Shown: positions 63,290 to 64,000 of the stretch, piece by piece
How the letters are laid out: every line of letters begins with the position of its first letter
Position numbering within the stretch: position 1 is the first letter of the stretch
NCBI GenBank assembly: GCA_963754085.1
Contig: CAVWFA010000003.1
Location: 135,854 to 199,853, forward strand
Length of the DNA: 64,000 nt
Reading direction: 5' to 3'
Origin: Candidatus Aminicenantes bacterium
GTDB taxonomy: Bacteria; Acidobacteriota; Aminicenantia; Aminicenantales; Saccharicenantaceae
The notes under the pieces: generated by a model
The model's input: the letters and a program-made list of their open reading frames with translations, nothing else
Database searches by the model: none
What the model was told of the DNA's origin: nothing
Translations under genes and position numbers: made by a program

Positions 63290-63766
63290 TCAGGCGAGGA
63301 CGAGGGCCATGACGAAGGCGTCCTCGTCCGGCTTGGTGTAGTAGTTCTTGCGGGTCCCCATGACCTCGAACCCCAGCTTTTTGTAAAGGGCCAGGGCGGG
63401 CGCGTTCGACTGGCGGACCTCCAGGGTCATGAACGTGGCCCCCGATTCCCGGACCCTGGCGATAGCGTAGCGCATCAGGGCCTCGCCCAGGCCGAGGCCG
63501 CGGCAGTCGGGATGGACGGCGACGTTGTTGACCTGGACGTCGTCCCGGATCTGCCAGTAGATGATGTAGGCCACGACTTCTTCCCCGGGCCGCCGGACGA
63601 CGACCATGGGGAAGGAGACCGGCGTGTTCTGGATCTCGCCGCGGAAGGTGTTATCGCTCCAGGGATTGGAGAAGGACAGGGCCTCGATCGCCCGGACCGC
63701 CGGCAGATCCTCTTCCCTCATCCGGCGGATGAAATAGCGGTCCTCGCCCTGGATCAGCTCCGACAT
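63290..63766 (-). CDS. rimI: ribosomal-protein-alanine N-acetyltransferase (GNAT)
   Basis: 158 aa. GNAT motif A (VHPDCRGLGLGEALM). Lies downstream of, and overlapping, tsaB, as in many bacteria. Confidence 0.8.
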   Translation of the reverse strand: MSELIQGEDRYFIRRMREEDLPAVRAIEALSFSNPWSDNTFRGEIQNTPVSFPMVVVRRPGEEVVAYIIYWQIRDDVQVNNVAVHPDCRGLGLGEALMRYAIARVRESGATFMTLEVRQSNAPALALYKKLGFEVMGTRKNYYTKPDEDAFVMALVLA

Positions 63767-64000
63767 GGCTCTTCGGCCTGCGACCTCCGGAAATAGAGCG
63801 GCTCGAGCGCCGCGGCCGCGATGCCCTGCCCGGCCCGGATGAGGCCGGCGCCGATACGGCCGACTTCGGCGGCGATGAAAGGCGTCCGCGCGGGGAAGCG
63901 GGCGCTGTCCCCGACGCGGGCCAGGAGCTTGACTTTAAAGGGTCCGAGCCCGCTCCCGGCGAAGGCGATGACGCGCCCGGCCGGGAGAGCGGCGAAGAAC
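63754..64000 (-). CDS. tsaB: tRNA threonylcarbamoyladenosine biosynthesis protein TsaB, C-terminal part (gene continues beyond the window end)
   Basis: My own translation of the minus strand: ..FFAALPAGRVIAFAGSGLGPFKVKLLARVGD..AAEVGRIGAGLIRAGQGIAAAALEPLYFRRSQAEE.. Ends 13 nt inside rimI. The call rests on the typical tsaB-rimI context and the EPLY.R..AE tail. Confidence 0.6.
   Translation of the reverse strand, partial: FFAALPAGRVIAFAGSGLGPFKVKLLARVGDSARFPARTPFIAAEVGRIGAGLIRAGQGIAAAALEPLYFRRSQAEEPCRS

Overview
This window is about 64 kb of high-GC chromosome from a diderm bacterium. The diderm call rests on lipoproteins, an outer-membrane-barrel-like protein, and TolB-like and FecR-like proteins. 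The lineage cannot be determined by eye.

Most of the window is core housekeeping:
- a glmU-like gene and larB-dnaG-rpoD
- one tRNA with anticodon CAT
- an acyl-CoA synthetase
- gyrB-gyrA
- phospholipid genes psd-pssA
- a complete dcw cluster (mraZ, rsmH, ftsL, ftsI, murE, murF, mraY, murD, ftsW, murG, murC, ftsQ, ftsA, ftsZ)
- comM, truA, rimI and tsaB

Main non-routine observations:
1. An 865-bp, lower-GC, two-gene cassette sits at the 3' end of gyrA. It is bracketed by 92-bp direct repeats that duplicate the gyrA C-terminus, and most differences between the copies are synonymous.
2. A tightly packed five-gene envelope operon combines a MacB/FtsX-type ABC pair with a lipoprotein, an outer-membrane barrel and a YtkA/FixH-like protein. 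I cannot match it to a characterised system.
3. A secreted protein fuses DJ-1/PfpI, ankyrin-repeat and beta-propeller regions.
4. A 1.7-kb block holds two heavily decayed genes.
5. Four isolated single-nucleotide frameshifts break gyrA, a TGS GTPase, an M28 peptidase and an APC permease. These are probably assembly errors.
6. A REP-like palindrome family is built on AGAGGGACAGTCCCC / GGGAC-N-GTCCC.
7. A 29-bp-arm hairpin and other structure lie in the gyrB/GTPase divergent region.
8. A putative MraZ operator lies upstream of mraZ.

No rRNA, CRISPR array, transposase or integrase was seen.

CDS coordinates follow the supplied ORF track. Starts I moved inward were frame-checked against that track. 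Coordinates for small motifs were counted by hand and may be off by 1-2 nt.
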